Assembly: GCA_000091205.1 (NCBI GenBank) | Contig: AP006497.2 | Origin: Cyanidioschyzon merolae | Lineage: Eukaryota | Reading direction: 5' to 3' (one strand) | DNA length: 64,000 nucleotides | Part shown: piece after piece, positions 1-9,795 of the stretch | Numbering within the stretch: position 1 is the first letter of the stretch | Layout: each line of letters opens with the position of its first letter | The notes under the pieces: generated by a model | What the model was told of the DNA's origin: nothing | Database searches by the model: none | Seen by the model: the letters and a program-made list of their open reading frames with translations, nothing else | Translations under genes and position numbers: made by a program

Positions 1-1416
1 GGATCGCGACCCTATGCGCAGCGCTACGGCGGACACCAGTTTGGCGTCTGGGCAGGTCAGCTTGGCGACGGTCGTGTCATTGTGTTGGGTGAGTACCAGA
101 ATCGATGCGGCGAGACCTGGACCTTGCAGCTGAAAGGCGCAGGCAAGACGCCGTTTGCTCGTTTCGCTGACGGGCGCGCTGTCTTGCGCAGCAGCGTGCG
201 AGAGTTTCTCGCCAGTGAAGCGCTACATGCGCTGGGCATCCCTACCAGTCGTGCGTTGTCCCTTGTGGTCACTGGTGACAAAGTCGTGCGGGACATGTTC
301 TACGACGGCAATCCACGCGAGGAGCCTGGCGCTGTCGTTTGCCGTCTAGCTCCTTCATGGGTGCGGTTCGGAACGTTTGAATTGGCAACGGACTGGAATG
401 AGCTGGAGCTTCTTCGACAGCTTGCGGACGATACGATTGTACACCACTACCCGGCATTGCTGGCACATGAGCGTTCTCACGGCAAGCGCACATCCGCAGA
501 CTCGAGCCGCAGCGCAAGAAATGAAGAGTCCCAGAACCCAATGCCGTATCGAGCGCTTTTACTCCAAGTCGCTGAACGAACAGCTGCGCTAGTTGCCGGC
601 TGGCAAAGCGTCGGTTTCGTACACGGAGTCTTGAACACCGACAATATGAGTATTCTGGGGATCACCATAGACTATGGTCCGTTCGGCTTCCTGGACGCTT
701 ACATGCCCGAGTACACGCCGAATACCACAGATCTTCCGGGTCGACGCTATTGTTATGCGTTACAGCCGACCATCTGTTTGTGGAATCTGCTTCAACTAGT
801 GCGTGCATTCGAGCCGCTCACTGGTACTAATCTCTCGGAGGAAGTGAGTCAGACCTACGAGACCAAGTTTCGCGAAGAGATGTCCGCACGCCTGCGAGCC
901 AAACTCGGTTTCCAAACCTGGAACTCGGATGCAGATAATGGACTTGTGCGGGACCTGTATGAGCTCATGCGTCAGGATCGAGCGGATTTTACACGCACCT
1001 GGCGAGCGCTGTCCTGGTTAGAGCCCGTTGCTTGTCTACAGAAAAGCGACGCCTCGCTCGAGCCGCTGCTTCGCGTACTCCCAGAGCCGGTTCGAAAGAA
1101 TCCGGACCGACTTGAAGCTTGGCGACTTTGGGTGCAACGTTACGCAGAGCGTACGCTGGCCGAAGACAACTTTGATGGGACTGCACGGCGCAAGCAAATG
1201 CAAGCCGCGTCTCCCAAGTACATTCTACGGAATTACATGGCTCAGGTGGCAATTGAAAAGGCGGAAAATGAACAGGATTTTTCGGAAATCGAGCGACTGC
1301 TCAAGTTACTCGAACATCCGTACGCAGAACAGCCCGAAATGGAGGCACTCTACGATCGGGAGCCACCGACATGGTCCCAGCGCCTTGGAGTGTGCATGAA
1401 CAGCTGCTCTTCCTAA
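1..1416 (+). CDS. selO: Protein adenylyltransferase SelO/YdiU (UPF0061) family, 5'-truncated by the window edge
   Basis: The reading frame is open from nt 1; the first Met in the ORF track is at 82. The N-terminal residues 'YAQRYGGHQFGVWAGQLGDGRVIVLGE' match the conserved SelO 'HQFG…QLGDGRA' block. Later 'HGVLNTDNMSILGITIDYGPFGFLD' matches the SelO catalytic kinase-like core. Single uninterrupted 444+ aa ORF. Confidence 0.85.
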   Translation, partial: GSRPYAQRYGGHQFGVWAGQLGDGRVIVLGEYQNRCGETWTLQLKGAGKTPFARFADGRAVLRSSVREFLASEALHALGIPTSRALSLVVTGDKVVRDMFYDGNPREEPGAVVCRLAPSWVRFGTFELATDWNELELLRQLADDTIVHHYPALLAHERSHGKRTSADSSRSARNEESQNPMPYRALLLQVAERTAALVAGWQSVGFVHGVLNTDNMSILGITIDYGPFGFLDAYMPEYTPNTTDLPGRRYCYALQPTICLWNLLQLVRAFEPLTGTNLSEEVSQTYETKFREEMSARLRAKLGFQTWNSDADNGLVRDLYELMRQDRADFTRTWRALSWLEPVACLQKSDASLEPLLRVLPEPVRKNPDRLEAWRLWVQRYAERTLAEDNFDGTARRKQMQAASPKYILRNYMAQVAIEKAENEQDFSEIERLLKLLEHPYAEQPEMEALYDREPPTWSQRLGVCMNSCSS

Positions 1417-2530
1417 CAAATTAGGCGAAAAGGTGAGGTGTCTGGTTCGTGTACCCGATCGCATGGATAGACATCCACGGATGCCTATTGAAGCACCTGT
1501 AGGAATACTCCTACGAATACCTGCGCGGATACGGCTATGGACACAGGCATGTTCATGGGTGGCAATGGTTGAAGTGCACGATTCGTGCTGGAAACTGCCT
1601 GCAACCTGTCACGTTCACAGTGTGTTGTTGCAACTTGTTTCGCATGCGTCGCCAATGCCGCGTCCCGAGTTTTCTTTTTGTAAAGAACCGCTTTCACCGA
1701 ATACGGTTGGATGCGAATCTTGATGCTCTGGTGGATCATACGCCAGAGACTAGTGGGACCGCTGCAACTGTATATATTCTCAGGACGGCGCTGTTCGTCG
1801 ATCGCGTTTCCAGACACCACACCCGAGCAGTCCATATGATCAGTTCGCATCTATGGGTTCGCCCCGGAGACGCAACGCGGGAGACGTCTTTGCACCCGAT
1901 CCCATGGGTGAATCTGCATCCACCGAGAAAACCGAGTTGAGCGCTTACCTCGTACCGTTTAGGCGATCGCTTTTGAGATCCGATGCTAGCGGGGGTCGGG
2001 GTATCCGCTGACCTTTCTACGACTGGATGCCAGCGCTATGCAGCCTGAACCTCGTCGGAGCTGCTGCTTCGATCGCCATATGAAAACGTGAGATTCGATT
2101 CGTGCAAAGCCAACAAAGAGTCCATATGCAGAATACAAACTTTTCCTTCAGCAAAAGCAGCCTCTTGCAAGTAAGGATCTACGCGAGGTTTGTGGTGTAG
2201 GACCCGTACCTCATTCGCGCTGGGGCGTCTAGAGTGCTGGGGGTCTCCGAGGTGCCCCCGCTGCACGCTCCTGCCCTGCCGCCTGCGCTAAACAACACCT
2301 TTCATATACTGGGCACTCGCGCTCTCTCTACAGGTCCTTCGCTTCATTCATCAGCAAATATCCGCCTGAACGTTTGCCGGCACTGCAACACCAGACTTGG
2401 ATAACTGCATTCAATGAAAGAGTGACGCTCTTTTTCCAACGTAGAGCGCCACCAACCTACAACCGCGTCCTAACCTGCAGCTGTTGCAAGACGCCCTAAC
2501 GAGAGCATCTTCTGTACCGAACAATTTCCA

Positions 2531-2951
2531 TACCAGTGCTGCTCCCTAAGCGCTATCCTAACCCAGCGCACAGTGTCTTGAACGGTTTTGTGGTACGCAC
2601 TCGGAAACAGTTGGCGTACCAGTGCTGCTCCCTAAGCGCTACCCTAACCCAGCGCACAGTGTCGTTAACGGTTTTGTGGTACGCACTCGGAAACAGTTGG
2701 CGTACCAGTACTGCTCCCTAAGCGCTACCCTAACCCAGCGCACAGTGTCGTTAACGGTTTTGTGGTACGCACTCGGAAACAGTTGGCGTACCAGTACTGC
2801 TCCCTAAGCGCTACCCTAACCCAGCGCACAGTGTCGTTAACGGTTTTGTGGTACGTACTCGGAAACAGTTGGCGTACCAGTACTGCTCCCTAAGCGCTAT
2901 CCTAACCCAGCGCACAGTGTTGTTAACGGTTTTGTGGTACGTACTCGGAAA
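2531..2951. repeat. 86-bp minisatellite, about 4.9 tandem copies, each containing an inverted repeat GGTACGC…(15 nt)…GCGTACC and a CCCTAACCC motif
   Basis: Direct reading shows the unit 'taccagtRctgctccctaagcgctaYcctaacccagcgcacagtgtYKtKaacggttttgtggtacgYactcggaaacagttggcg' repeating at 2531, 2617, 2703, 2789 and 2875. The two ORF-track entries 2536..2721 and 2622..2807 give identical peptides offset by exactly 86 bp. The period is not a multiple of 3, so the repeat is non-coding. Confidence 0.9.
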
Positions 2952-3042
2952 CGCTCCAGTGGCCGCGTCAGCGTTCGCTGTCCACCTGTGTGCCAGCCCG
3001 TTCAACGAGTGCAGTTCTCTTTTTGAAGATAGAGGCTTCTTT

Positions 3043-5046
3043 ATGCTTCTATTCCAGTCTACACTGGTTCGAGTTTATGTTGTCCGGAGCCCGCCTCGCA
3101 ACCGACAACTGTGTCTCCGCGCTGACTCGAGTCAAGGACGACACCTCCTGGGAGCACGACCTGCACAGCAGACGACGACGACGACAACAACCACTACAAC
3201 TACAACTGCTGCGGCGTCGAGACCGATAACCAAGCTAACAGTATTGCGAGTACAGCAGCGTTTCTGGGAGCGCCATGGAAGCGCTCCAGCGCTGGCTTGT
3301 TCGCAGAGCCCGTTGCAGCCGCACCTGGGCGTCGGTGCAGAGGCTTGCACCCGGCAACGAATCTCAGACCTCAAGCCGAGCGTCGGTGAGCGCCTCCATT
3401 CAGCCTATTATACACGATTGCGGCAAGCTGTGGCGGTAGTTAGAAACTGGGTTTGTGTTGCAAGCGCGCTTCTCTTTGTCTACCTGAGTACCAGCGACCA
3501 GGTGGCCCTGGCGGCTGCCTCACTCGCCAATGGCATGCCTCAAGACCGTCTGGCTCTGGCAACGAGTACGCCCGTTCCAGATCGCTACCGAATTCTTTGG
3601 GAGCAGGCACTGGACATCATCACGAACCTTCACTACCAACCCGGTCAACATATCCATGCAGCCTCGTTAACCATGCCTTCGCACTTGCCGCCTACGCGTG
3701 CGTCCACGATCCCATGGGGATGCTCTCTGGGAACACGTGCCTCGACCTACGATGCCATTCGGATCCGACTCAGTGAATTGAATGATCCCTACTCACGTTT
3801 CCTGGAGCCGGATGAATTTGAGGCGGAACTGAATCCTTACCGGCGAGCTCGGAAGCTCAGCGGGGTCGGCATCATACCGGAGCGCAGTCCAAAAGGCCAC
3901 GGCACGCTGCGCGTTATAGCCGTTATTCCCGAGTCACCGGCTGAGGAGGCCGGAATCAACCCCGGCGATGAACTCGTTATGATTGACGATATTGTCGTCG
4001 AGCCTTCACCTTTGAACCCGATTCCTGTGACCCCCGATGAAGCGTTGGCGTTGCTGCGCGGCCCAGCGGGTACGCGGGTTCGTCTCACTGTGCGACAAAC
4101 GACAAACTCGTTGTCGTACGCTGATGCATCGCTGCAAGTAGCGTCAGCGTCCACAGCGCCGACCTCTATGATGCGTACATATACATTAACGCGGAGACCG
4201 CTTCTGGTAGCTCCGGCTGTCTACGGCCTTGTCGCCGCGGAGCCCACTTTCGGTTACATTCGCCTCCATACCTTCAACGCCGAAGCGACACGTATCGTCT
4301 TCGAGGCTCTGAACGCATTCAAGAATTCTAGCGATCGTTCGGCAGCGGCTGGTGTTATCCTAGACCTGCGCAACTGCCGAGGTGGCGTCTTCCAGGAAGC
4401 ACTGGTGATTGCTTCGATGTTCATCGCAAACCCCGATGCCGTACTCGTCTACACCGTCGACAGTCGGGGTATCGAGCGCGCACACCGGGTGCGTGACCAG
4501 TGGAACGGTTGGCCTGAAGCTCCTGCTGCCGCTGCTCGTACTCCTCGTACTCCTCCTGAGACGCTCGGGAGCGCGGCGTCGGCCCGGCATCCGCTGTACA
4601 ATGGCCCACTGGTGGTGCTCGTCAATGGTGCCTCAGCTTCCAGTAGCGAAGTGCTTGCGATAGCCTTGCGCGATCACGGACGAGCAGTGCTGTTGGGCAT
4701 GCCAACTTTTGGGAAAGCCCGCATCCAACACTACTTCCCGCTTTTGGACGGCTCGGCGATCGCGCTCACTGTCGGGGAGTTTCTCGGCCCGCAGCACGAA
4801 CGCCTCGCGGACCACGTCGGCTTAGTGCCGCAGGTCTCCTGCAACGCTGCACCCCGGAACTTTGCGCTCCTAGAGAGACACACGCCACCAGATGCCTGCA
4901 TCGCAGAGGCAGCTCAGCTGCTAAGCGAAGAACCCACGGGGTCATCGGCTACAGAGCCGGTGCCGGTCGGTGGCTCCGTGCGGTCTGCGTTCACATCCCG
5001 AAGCAGGTCCACTGAAACGACACTGTTGCCTCGGATCCAAACCTGA
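3043..5046 (+). CDS. ctpA: C-terminal processing peptidase (S41A, CtpA-like) with PDZ domain and a plastid/thylakoid-lumen-type N-terminal presequence
   Basis: PDZ segment 'GVGIIPERSPKGHGTLRVIAVIPESPAEEAGINPGDELVMID'. S41 core 'AAGVILDLRNCRGGVFQEAL'. Catalytic Ser/Lys blocks 'LVVLVNGASASSSEVLAIAL' and 'GMPTFGKARIQ' (near nt 4624-4725). The ORF-track start at 2848 lies inside the 86-bp minisatellite, so I prefer the first Met outside the repeat, at 3043. The N-terminus is R/S/T-rich and includes Thr12, followed by the hydrophobic stretch 'WVCVASALLFVYL' and an AxA site 'ALAAAS'. Confidence 0.8.
   Translation: MLLFQSTLVRVYVVRSPPRNRQLCLRADSSQGRHLLGARPAQQTTTTTTTTTTTTAAASRPITKLTVLRVQQRFWERHGSAPALACSQSPLQPHLGVGAEACTRQRISDLKPSVGERLHSAYYTRLRQAVAVVRNWVCVASALLFVYLSTSDQVALAAASLANGMPQDRLALATSTPVPDRYRILWEQALDIITNLHYQPGQHIHAASLTMPSHLPPTRASTIPWGCSLGTRASTYDAIRIRLSELNDPYSRFLEPDEFEAELNPYRRARKLSGVGIIPERSPKGHGTLRVIAVIPESPAEEAGINPGDELVMIDDIVVEPSPLNPIPVTPDEALALLRGPAGTRVRLTVRQTTNSLSYADASLQVASASTAPTSMMRTYTLTRRPLLVAPAVYGLVAAEPTFGYIRLHTFNAEATRIVFEALNAFKNSSDRSAAAGVILDLRNCRGGVFQEALVIASMFIANPDAVLVYTVDSRGIERAHRVRDQWNGWPEAPAAAARTPRTPPETLGSAASARHPLYNGPLVVLVNGASASSSEVLAIALRDHGRAVLLGMPTFGKARIQHYFPLLDGSAIALTVGEFLGPQHERLADHVGLVPQVSCNAAPRNFALLERHTPPDACIAEAAQLLSEEPTGSSATEPVPVGGSVRSAFTSRSRSTETTLLPRIQT
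3172..3207 (+). repeat. (ACG)4(ACA/ACC/ACT)8 trinucleotide run encoding Thr12 inside the CtpA presequence
   Basis: Direct reading: acgacgacgacgacaacaaccactacaactacaact, in frame with the CDS, giving 'QQTTTTTTTTTTTTAAAS'. Confidence 0.9.
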
Positions 5047-6410
5047 CCGAGTTGCGCACCCGTTCGGCAGTCTAGAGCATCCGACAGCACCAGGTTCGCG
5101 TAGTGATCAAAACCGCTGAGTTTTCCGCGCACGCACCTGTTCGCGTTCAGGTACACTTGGACGGAATGAAACAGCAACGCTTCGAGTTCCGCAGTATCGA
5201 CCTCGTCTTTTGCCATAAACCAAGCTGATCAACAACCAACACGACGCTGGTCAAATGCTTGGACGCACGCGGGTTTCCCACAGCCTGCCAAGACGCCGTC
5301 GCAGGGTACCGGCAAACGCACTTGTGTGTATGTTGCTGAGTTGCGCGACGTTTCTGTGCATATCCGAAGCAGGAGCAGCAGTAGTTCCAGCCCAGGAAGC
5401 CTTTCGTTTCGACCTTTCAGGAACGTGTAGTGCGCACGTCGTTTTGACGAAAAGTCACCTTCCCTGCGATAACCGACGACTCAACCTGGACTGCAGGGTA
5501 AAGTCGTTGCAGCGCGTTCGGGTGTACGCGCGAGCTCCACGAGTCGCCAGTGAGTGCCTCGGCATACCTCGACCTCGACGGTGTTCGTTGAACCCAGAAC
5601 ACGAATTCGGGAGCTTGGTTGCCTCAAGGCGAAAGCGAGCGACAGGCACTTCTCGGAGTCTGTGGGTGTTTCTGGTGCCTATCCCAGTCTGTGGCCGGAG
5701 TGTGTCCGTTCGTCCAGTTCAAGCGGAGGTGTACCGAGTGTCTTGAGCAGCGTGCGGACGTCTGGGTGTCACGGTGGCTCTCTGTGGTGCGTCCTGCCTT
5801 CACGGGCGTGATTCAGACTGCACCCGCGAGCATGCGCTACTCACTCGTGCTGCAAACGCCCGCCACCTGCGCAGTGTTGCAGGCGAGAGACAGCGGAACC
5901 TACCGCTATGCGACTTGGCGTTAGGTGCGTAGGTATATGCGTTTATGCGACGGAAGCAACGTTGTTGTCGAGTACCTGCCCGCGGGTTATCTGGGACCGT
6001 GTTGAGATTCACGTTTACGCATTCTCTATATATGCTGCCTTTAGATGAAGCTGCCGCCTAGCCTAGCCAAGCGCATCTCTTCCTAGGCACCAGAACCCGC
6101 TCTGGTCCAAGATATGCACGCGTATCCATTCCCGGCTTTTTGGTGACGCTCAGGGAGTATTCCTTGTCCGGCTGGGTATGCCACTACTTGATCAGCGCTT
6201 TCAAAAGCAGATGCCAGCCCCGCGCACCAGCGCGTCCAGCGTTTACATTACAGGCTTGCACACCGCCGCTACCCGCTGGTATCATACGCCGGTTTGTCTT
6301 CATCGTGAAGCTCTTCGTTCCACGACTTGCTCTACCAGAGTCTCCGATGCCGCGGTAGCATGTCTGGGAATGCTCTACCTCCGGCAAACGCACACACACT
6401 CACTCCTTCA

Positions 6411-6431
6411 CAACAACAACAACAACAACCA
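6411..6431. repeat. (AAC)7 microsatellite in the convergent 3' intergenic region
   Basis: Direct reading 'cacaacaacaacaacaacaacc'. It lies between the stops of the convergent CtpA gene (+) and TPP-enzyme gene (−). Confidence 0.85.
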
Positions 6432-6462
6432 ATGGGAATCGAACAAGGCACAGATGCACGCC

Positions 6463-9400
6463 TCAGGTGCCGCTTTCAAGTGCATCCAATCCACGAACGA
6501 CGTGAACGGACATGTGGACTTTGGTGACGCACGAGTTCGCCAACAGGTGCACTGCTCGCCAAACAACATCCGGCTCGATGTCGCCCAGGTGTTGTACTGG
6601 TCGCCGCAACGCCAGCGCATGCGTATGAGAGAGCAGCAGCGACGGGTGCTGCTGCAGCTCCGAACGGATCCTCTGCAGCGCCATGAGTCGACAAGTGTGG
6701 CACGAATGATCGCCCTGGTCAGCAACGTGTCCATCTTGGGGCGTCTGCTGCTCAGGCGAGGCATCGACGGTATCGCGATCCGCATAGAGTTGGAAGTAGC
6801 CGCGGTAGAGGTGTGCATCCAGGGCCGTGCGAAATGCCTCATCCTCAATGGCTTCCGCGACGCTCAACAGACCCACTACGGCTGCGGGTTGAGAGCCGGT
6901 GATCAGATTCGGCTCTCGATAGTACTTGTGGCGATTGGCAATCACATTTTCGTTGAAAACGGGCGCCCGTGAAATAGCTGTCGCTGTGAAATGCGAAAAC
7001 TCAGCGATGCCGTAGAAGAACAGGGGGTTCGTCGTTCCCGTCTGCAGGTACAGATCATTGAGTACACGTGACCACGGCAGGCCTGCTGGTATTTTCTTGG
7101 AGCCAGCATTGGTACCCTGAACCCCGGTAGGCAATTGCACGCCGGGCGCCTCGTATGATACGTAAAAGTCGGGTACAGCACCCTGGGGCATGCCCAGGAA
7201 CGCGACACTCGAGAGGTACCGTCCACGCACCGTGCGGTAGTACTCGGCTGGTGGCGCCTCAGGCGCTTCCGCTGGGCTTTGCTGCTGATTGCTGGTCCCG
7301 TCGGACGTCGCTGGAGACGTTGCTGCTGGCAGTTCACCGGTCAGCGTACAATACGCAGTCCCGTGAACGATGATGGCTTCACCCATGGTCTCCGGCGGAC
7401 GACCGTCCACGGTGCCCAGCTCAAAACCCGCAATATAGTCTTGGGAATCGATTGGAATCCGCGACAGCGCCTCTACGGACGGTATCTTACCCTCGATGAG
7501 GTTCCGCACGGAGCCCAGCGCTCGTGCTCGGCTGCCTGGCGGTTGTGGTGCATGTGGATGCAGGTTGTAGACCTTGACCGGGCTCTGGTTGGAATCCGGA
7601 CTGGACTCCAGCGGCTCTACCAGGAGTTTCTGGGAGGCGATGCAACCGAAAAAGTCGCCACTGCGCAGTAGCTGCAAAAGATATTCGCGATCCTCAGTTG
7701 ACAACGCGGCGCTCGCGGCAACATCCTCCGTTTCGCCCGCGGATTCAGCGTCCATCCGCTGACGCTGTCGATGCACCATGATAAAGCTGTCGAAAACCTG
7801 GCGGGCAATCCGCATCTCTTCGGGTGAGATGAGTCCGTCGTTGTCCAGGTCAAAGATACTCAACAGCTCCATGTCGCTAGCAGTGAGCGCCTCGGTAGGC
7901 AGGTATTCGGCAATCAGACGCAATACTGGTACCCGGTTGCTTTCCACGGTGGCGTACTCGGCCTTGAGCTCAGGGCTCTCGACCAGATCGATGAGGAACG
8001 AGTGCCGGGCATCGCCTCGTTGCTGTGCAGCAAGAGCGGACTCCAACGCCGCCGGTGCTTCCGCTGGTCGCTGGACGCGGGCGAAGCCCATACGGTACGC
8101 CTGGGCGAGTCGCTGCAAGTCTGGAAGGATGATTTCGTCGCCAGCGACGCCAGTATTCCCAAAGCGTACCCGTCCCATAACGCCGTTGCGGAGGACAATC
8201 ACGACAAGGTTATCGAGGCCCTGCTGCAGGGCAGTTCCAAGTTCCTGTTCAGCCATTTCGAAACCGCCATCGCCAGTGATGAGGTAGACGACACCCTCGC
8301 TTTTGCGTCTCTTCAGCGAGACGCCCATCGAAACGGCAGCCGGAACCGCGTACCCCATACTGCCCATGTTGATGCTGGAAAGCAGACGCGTTCCCTGCCC
8401 ATCGAAACAGAGGCAGAGACCTGCCCAGATGGTAACATCTCCGATATCCACAACCACAACATCGTCTGGACCAAGTTTCGCGGACAAGGCGGTGAGCAGG
8501 TGGCGCGGATGACAGAAGCCGCGTACCTCATCATCGCCCTCGTCAGCGGTATCGTCTGTGTCCAGCATGGAGCGCCTGCCAGTGACCATAGCGTGTGGCG
8601 TTTTGCTCAAAACTGCAGCACGACGCGGCGATGAAGGCAATGAAGCTTGACGCTCACGCCATTCACCGTCTAAAAAGTACTTCCAGAGCCGGCTCGAGTA
8701 GTCCCGGGCCTGTTGAGGGCCCGGCGGCAGCATGCGCTTTGATTGCATCTCCCGCACGCTCGCTGTTAGTGCGCTCAGCAGGGCCTCCAATTCAGGATCG
8801 ATAAGCATACACTCCACATGGTAGTAGACCTGGAGGCGCGTAGCCAGTGTATCGTCTACACCGAATACTCGGACCTGCTGTTGACCAGTAGAATCGAGCA
8901 CGACTGGATCGCAACGATCGACGCCTATCGCCAGAATACACTCGGCAGTGCTGACGAGGGCCCGCGGCGCTGCCATGCCGGGGTTCCCAAAGATCCCGTC
9001 AACACCGAGTACCAGCGGGTGATGCTCATCGACGGCACCCTTGGCGTCCAGTGTGGTAATCACCGGCGCACAGAGCGTTTCTGCGAGTTTCAAAATCGTA
9101 CTCGAGCAACGAGCCTGTGCTGCACGCAACCCGCACAGAATGACGACGCGATGTCCCAGCAGAAGGCGTCCAGCGTGCTCCACGGAAACGGCAGCGCAGC
9201 GCGGTACCTCGGCAATATGAAAGGGAAGGCGAGCCAGGGCGCTCTCGTCTGAGGGCGACGTCTGCACATCTACTGGTATCGCCAGATGTGCTGCTGTGCT
9301 TCGCTCCAGGGCGAAGCGGATAGCCGAGTCCAGCAGAGAAAGGAAGCGATCGGCAGTCATGGGGGCCTTGGCAAACTGGACGCCTGCTCCGTGCATCAGT

Positions 9401-9795
9401 TGTGCTGTTCGGGTGTCCTGGAAGCCCTCGTGTCCGATGTTACTCCGCGACACGAGGCCGCTGAGTAGGAGCACCGGCACAGAGTCCGCAAGCGCATCCA
9501 CCATGCCGCACACGGTGTAGGCGGCACCCGGACCCGAGGTGGTAACGCACACACCCAGCTTCCGATAATACTTGGCGTATGCAGATGCGGCAAACGGTGC
9601 GGCAGTTTCGTTTCGAACGAGAACCCAGTGCAGACGTGGATGCTGCACAATCGCTGTGATAAGAGGACTCGCAGCTGCTCCGTGTCCACCGAACACGAGC
9701 TCCACGTTTGCCGCCGCAAGCCGGTCTGCAATCAGGTTCGCAATGGTGTACGTGCTACCACGACTCGCTGGCATCTTGGAGGTGGTACTATTCAA
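6463..9795 (-). CDS. Thiamine-diphosphate enzyme (acetolactate-synthase/ILVB-like, all three TPP-enzyme domains) fused to a canonical EF-hand and a about 400-aa uncharacterised C-terminal domain (1110 aa)
   Basis: Single 3333-nt ORF. N-terminal TPP_enzyme_N 'ELVFGGHGAAASPLITAI…GVCVTTSGPGAAYTVCGMVDALADSVPVLLLSG'. Central domain 'RVVILCGLRA…PVITTLDAKGAVDEHHPLVLG'. C-terminal TPP-binding fold with 'GSMGYAVPAAVSMG…VVYLITGDGGFEM…NLVVIVLRNGVMG'. EF-hand loop 'DLDNDGLISPEE' at aa about 648-660 (nt about 7816-7854) has D1, D3, D5, G6, I8 and E12 in place. Residues about 700-1110 match no family I recognise. Confidence 0.8.
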   Translation of the reverse strand: MNSTTSKMPASRGSTYTIANLIADRLAAANVELVFGGHGAAASPLITAIVQHPRLHWVLVRNETAAPFAASAYAKYYRKLGVCVTTSGPGAAYTVCGMVDALADSVPVLLLSGLVSRSNIGHEGFQDTRTAQLMHGAGVQFAKAPMTADRFLSLLDSAIRFALERSTAAHLAIPVDVQTSPSDESALARLPFHIAEVPRCAAVSVEHAGRLLLGHRVVILCGLRAAQARCSSTILKLAETLCAPVITTLDAKGAVDEHHPLVLGVDGIFGNPGMAAPRALVSTAECILAIGVDRCDPVVLDSTGQQQVRVFGVDDTLATRLQVYYHVECMLIDPELEALLSALTASVREMQSKRMLPPGPQQARDYSSRLWKYFLDGEWRERQASLPSSPRRAAVLSKTPHAMVTGRRSMLDTDDTADEGDDEVRGFCHPRHLLTALSAKLGPDDVVVVDIGDVTIWAGLCLCFDGQGTRLLSSINMGSMGYAVPAAVSMGVSLKRRKSEGVVYLITGDGGFEMAEQELGTALQQGLDNLVVIVLRNGVMGRVRFGNTGVAGDEIILPDLQRLAQAYRMGFARVQRPAEAPAALESALAAQQRGDARHSFLIDLVESPELKAEYATVESNRVPVLRLIAEYLPTEALTASDMELLSIFDLDNDGLISPEEMRIARQVFDSFIMVHRQRQRMDAESAGETEDVAASAALSTEDREYLLQLLRSGDFFGCIASQKLLVEPLESSPDSNQSPVKVYNLHPHAPQPPGSRARALGSVRNLIEGKIPSVEALSRIPIDSQDYIAGFELGTVDGRPPETMGEAIIVHGTAYCTLTGELPAATSPATSDGTSNQQQSPAEAPEAPPAEYYRTVRGRYLSSVAFLGMPQGAVPDFYVSYEAPGVQLPTGVQGTNAGSKKIPAGLPWSRVLNDLYLQTGTTNPLFFYGIAEFSHFTATAISRAPVFNENVIANRHKYYREPNLITGSQPAAVVGLLSVAEAIEDEAFRTALDAHLYRGYFQLYADRDTVDASPEQQTPQDGHVADQGDHSCHTCRLMALQRIRSELQQHPSLLLSHTHALALRRPVQHLGDIEPDVVWRAVHLLANSCVTKVHMSVHVVRGLDALESGT

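Noticed and set aside
2531-2951. CCCTAACCC (TTAGGG-type telomere motif) inside each 86-bp minisatellite unit, as a possible interstitial telomere
   Set aside because: There are only 1.5 hexamer units per 86-bp repeat, embedded in unrelated sequence. The window's own chromosome-end motif appears to be AATGGGGGG-type. I treat this as a chance motif.
2531-2951. Tandem direct repeats (here and at 11305-11536, 19592-19828, 23405-23612) considered as CRISPR arrays
   Set aside because: The units are contiguous with no unique spacers between them. The context is eukaryotic and no cas genes are present. They are minisatellites.
2848-3042. Using the ORF-track start (2848) for the CtpA gene
   Set aside because: The first about 35 codons lie inside the non-coding 86-bp minisatellite, whose period breaks frame every unit. 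The first Met outside the repeat is at 3043, which begins a plausible transit peptide, so I chose that.
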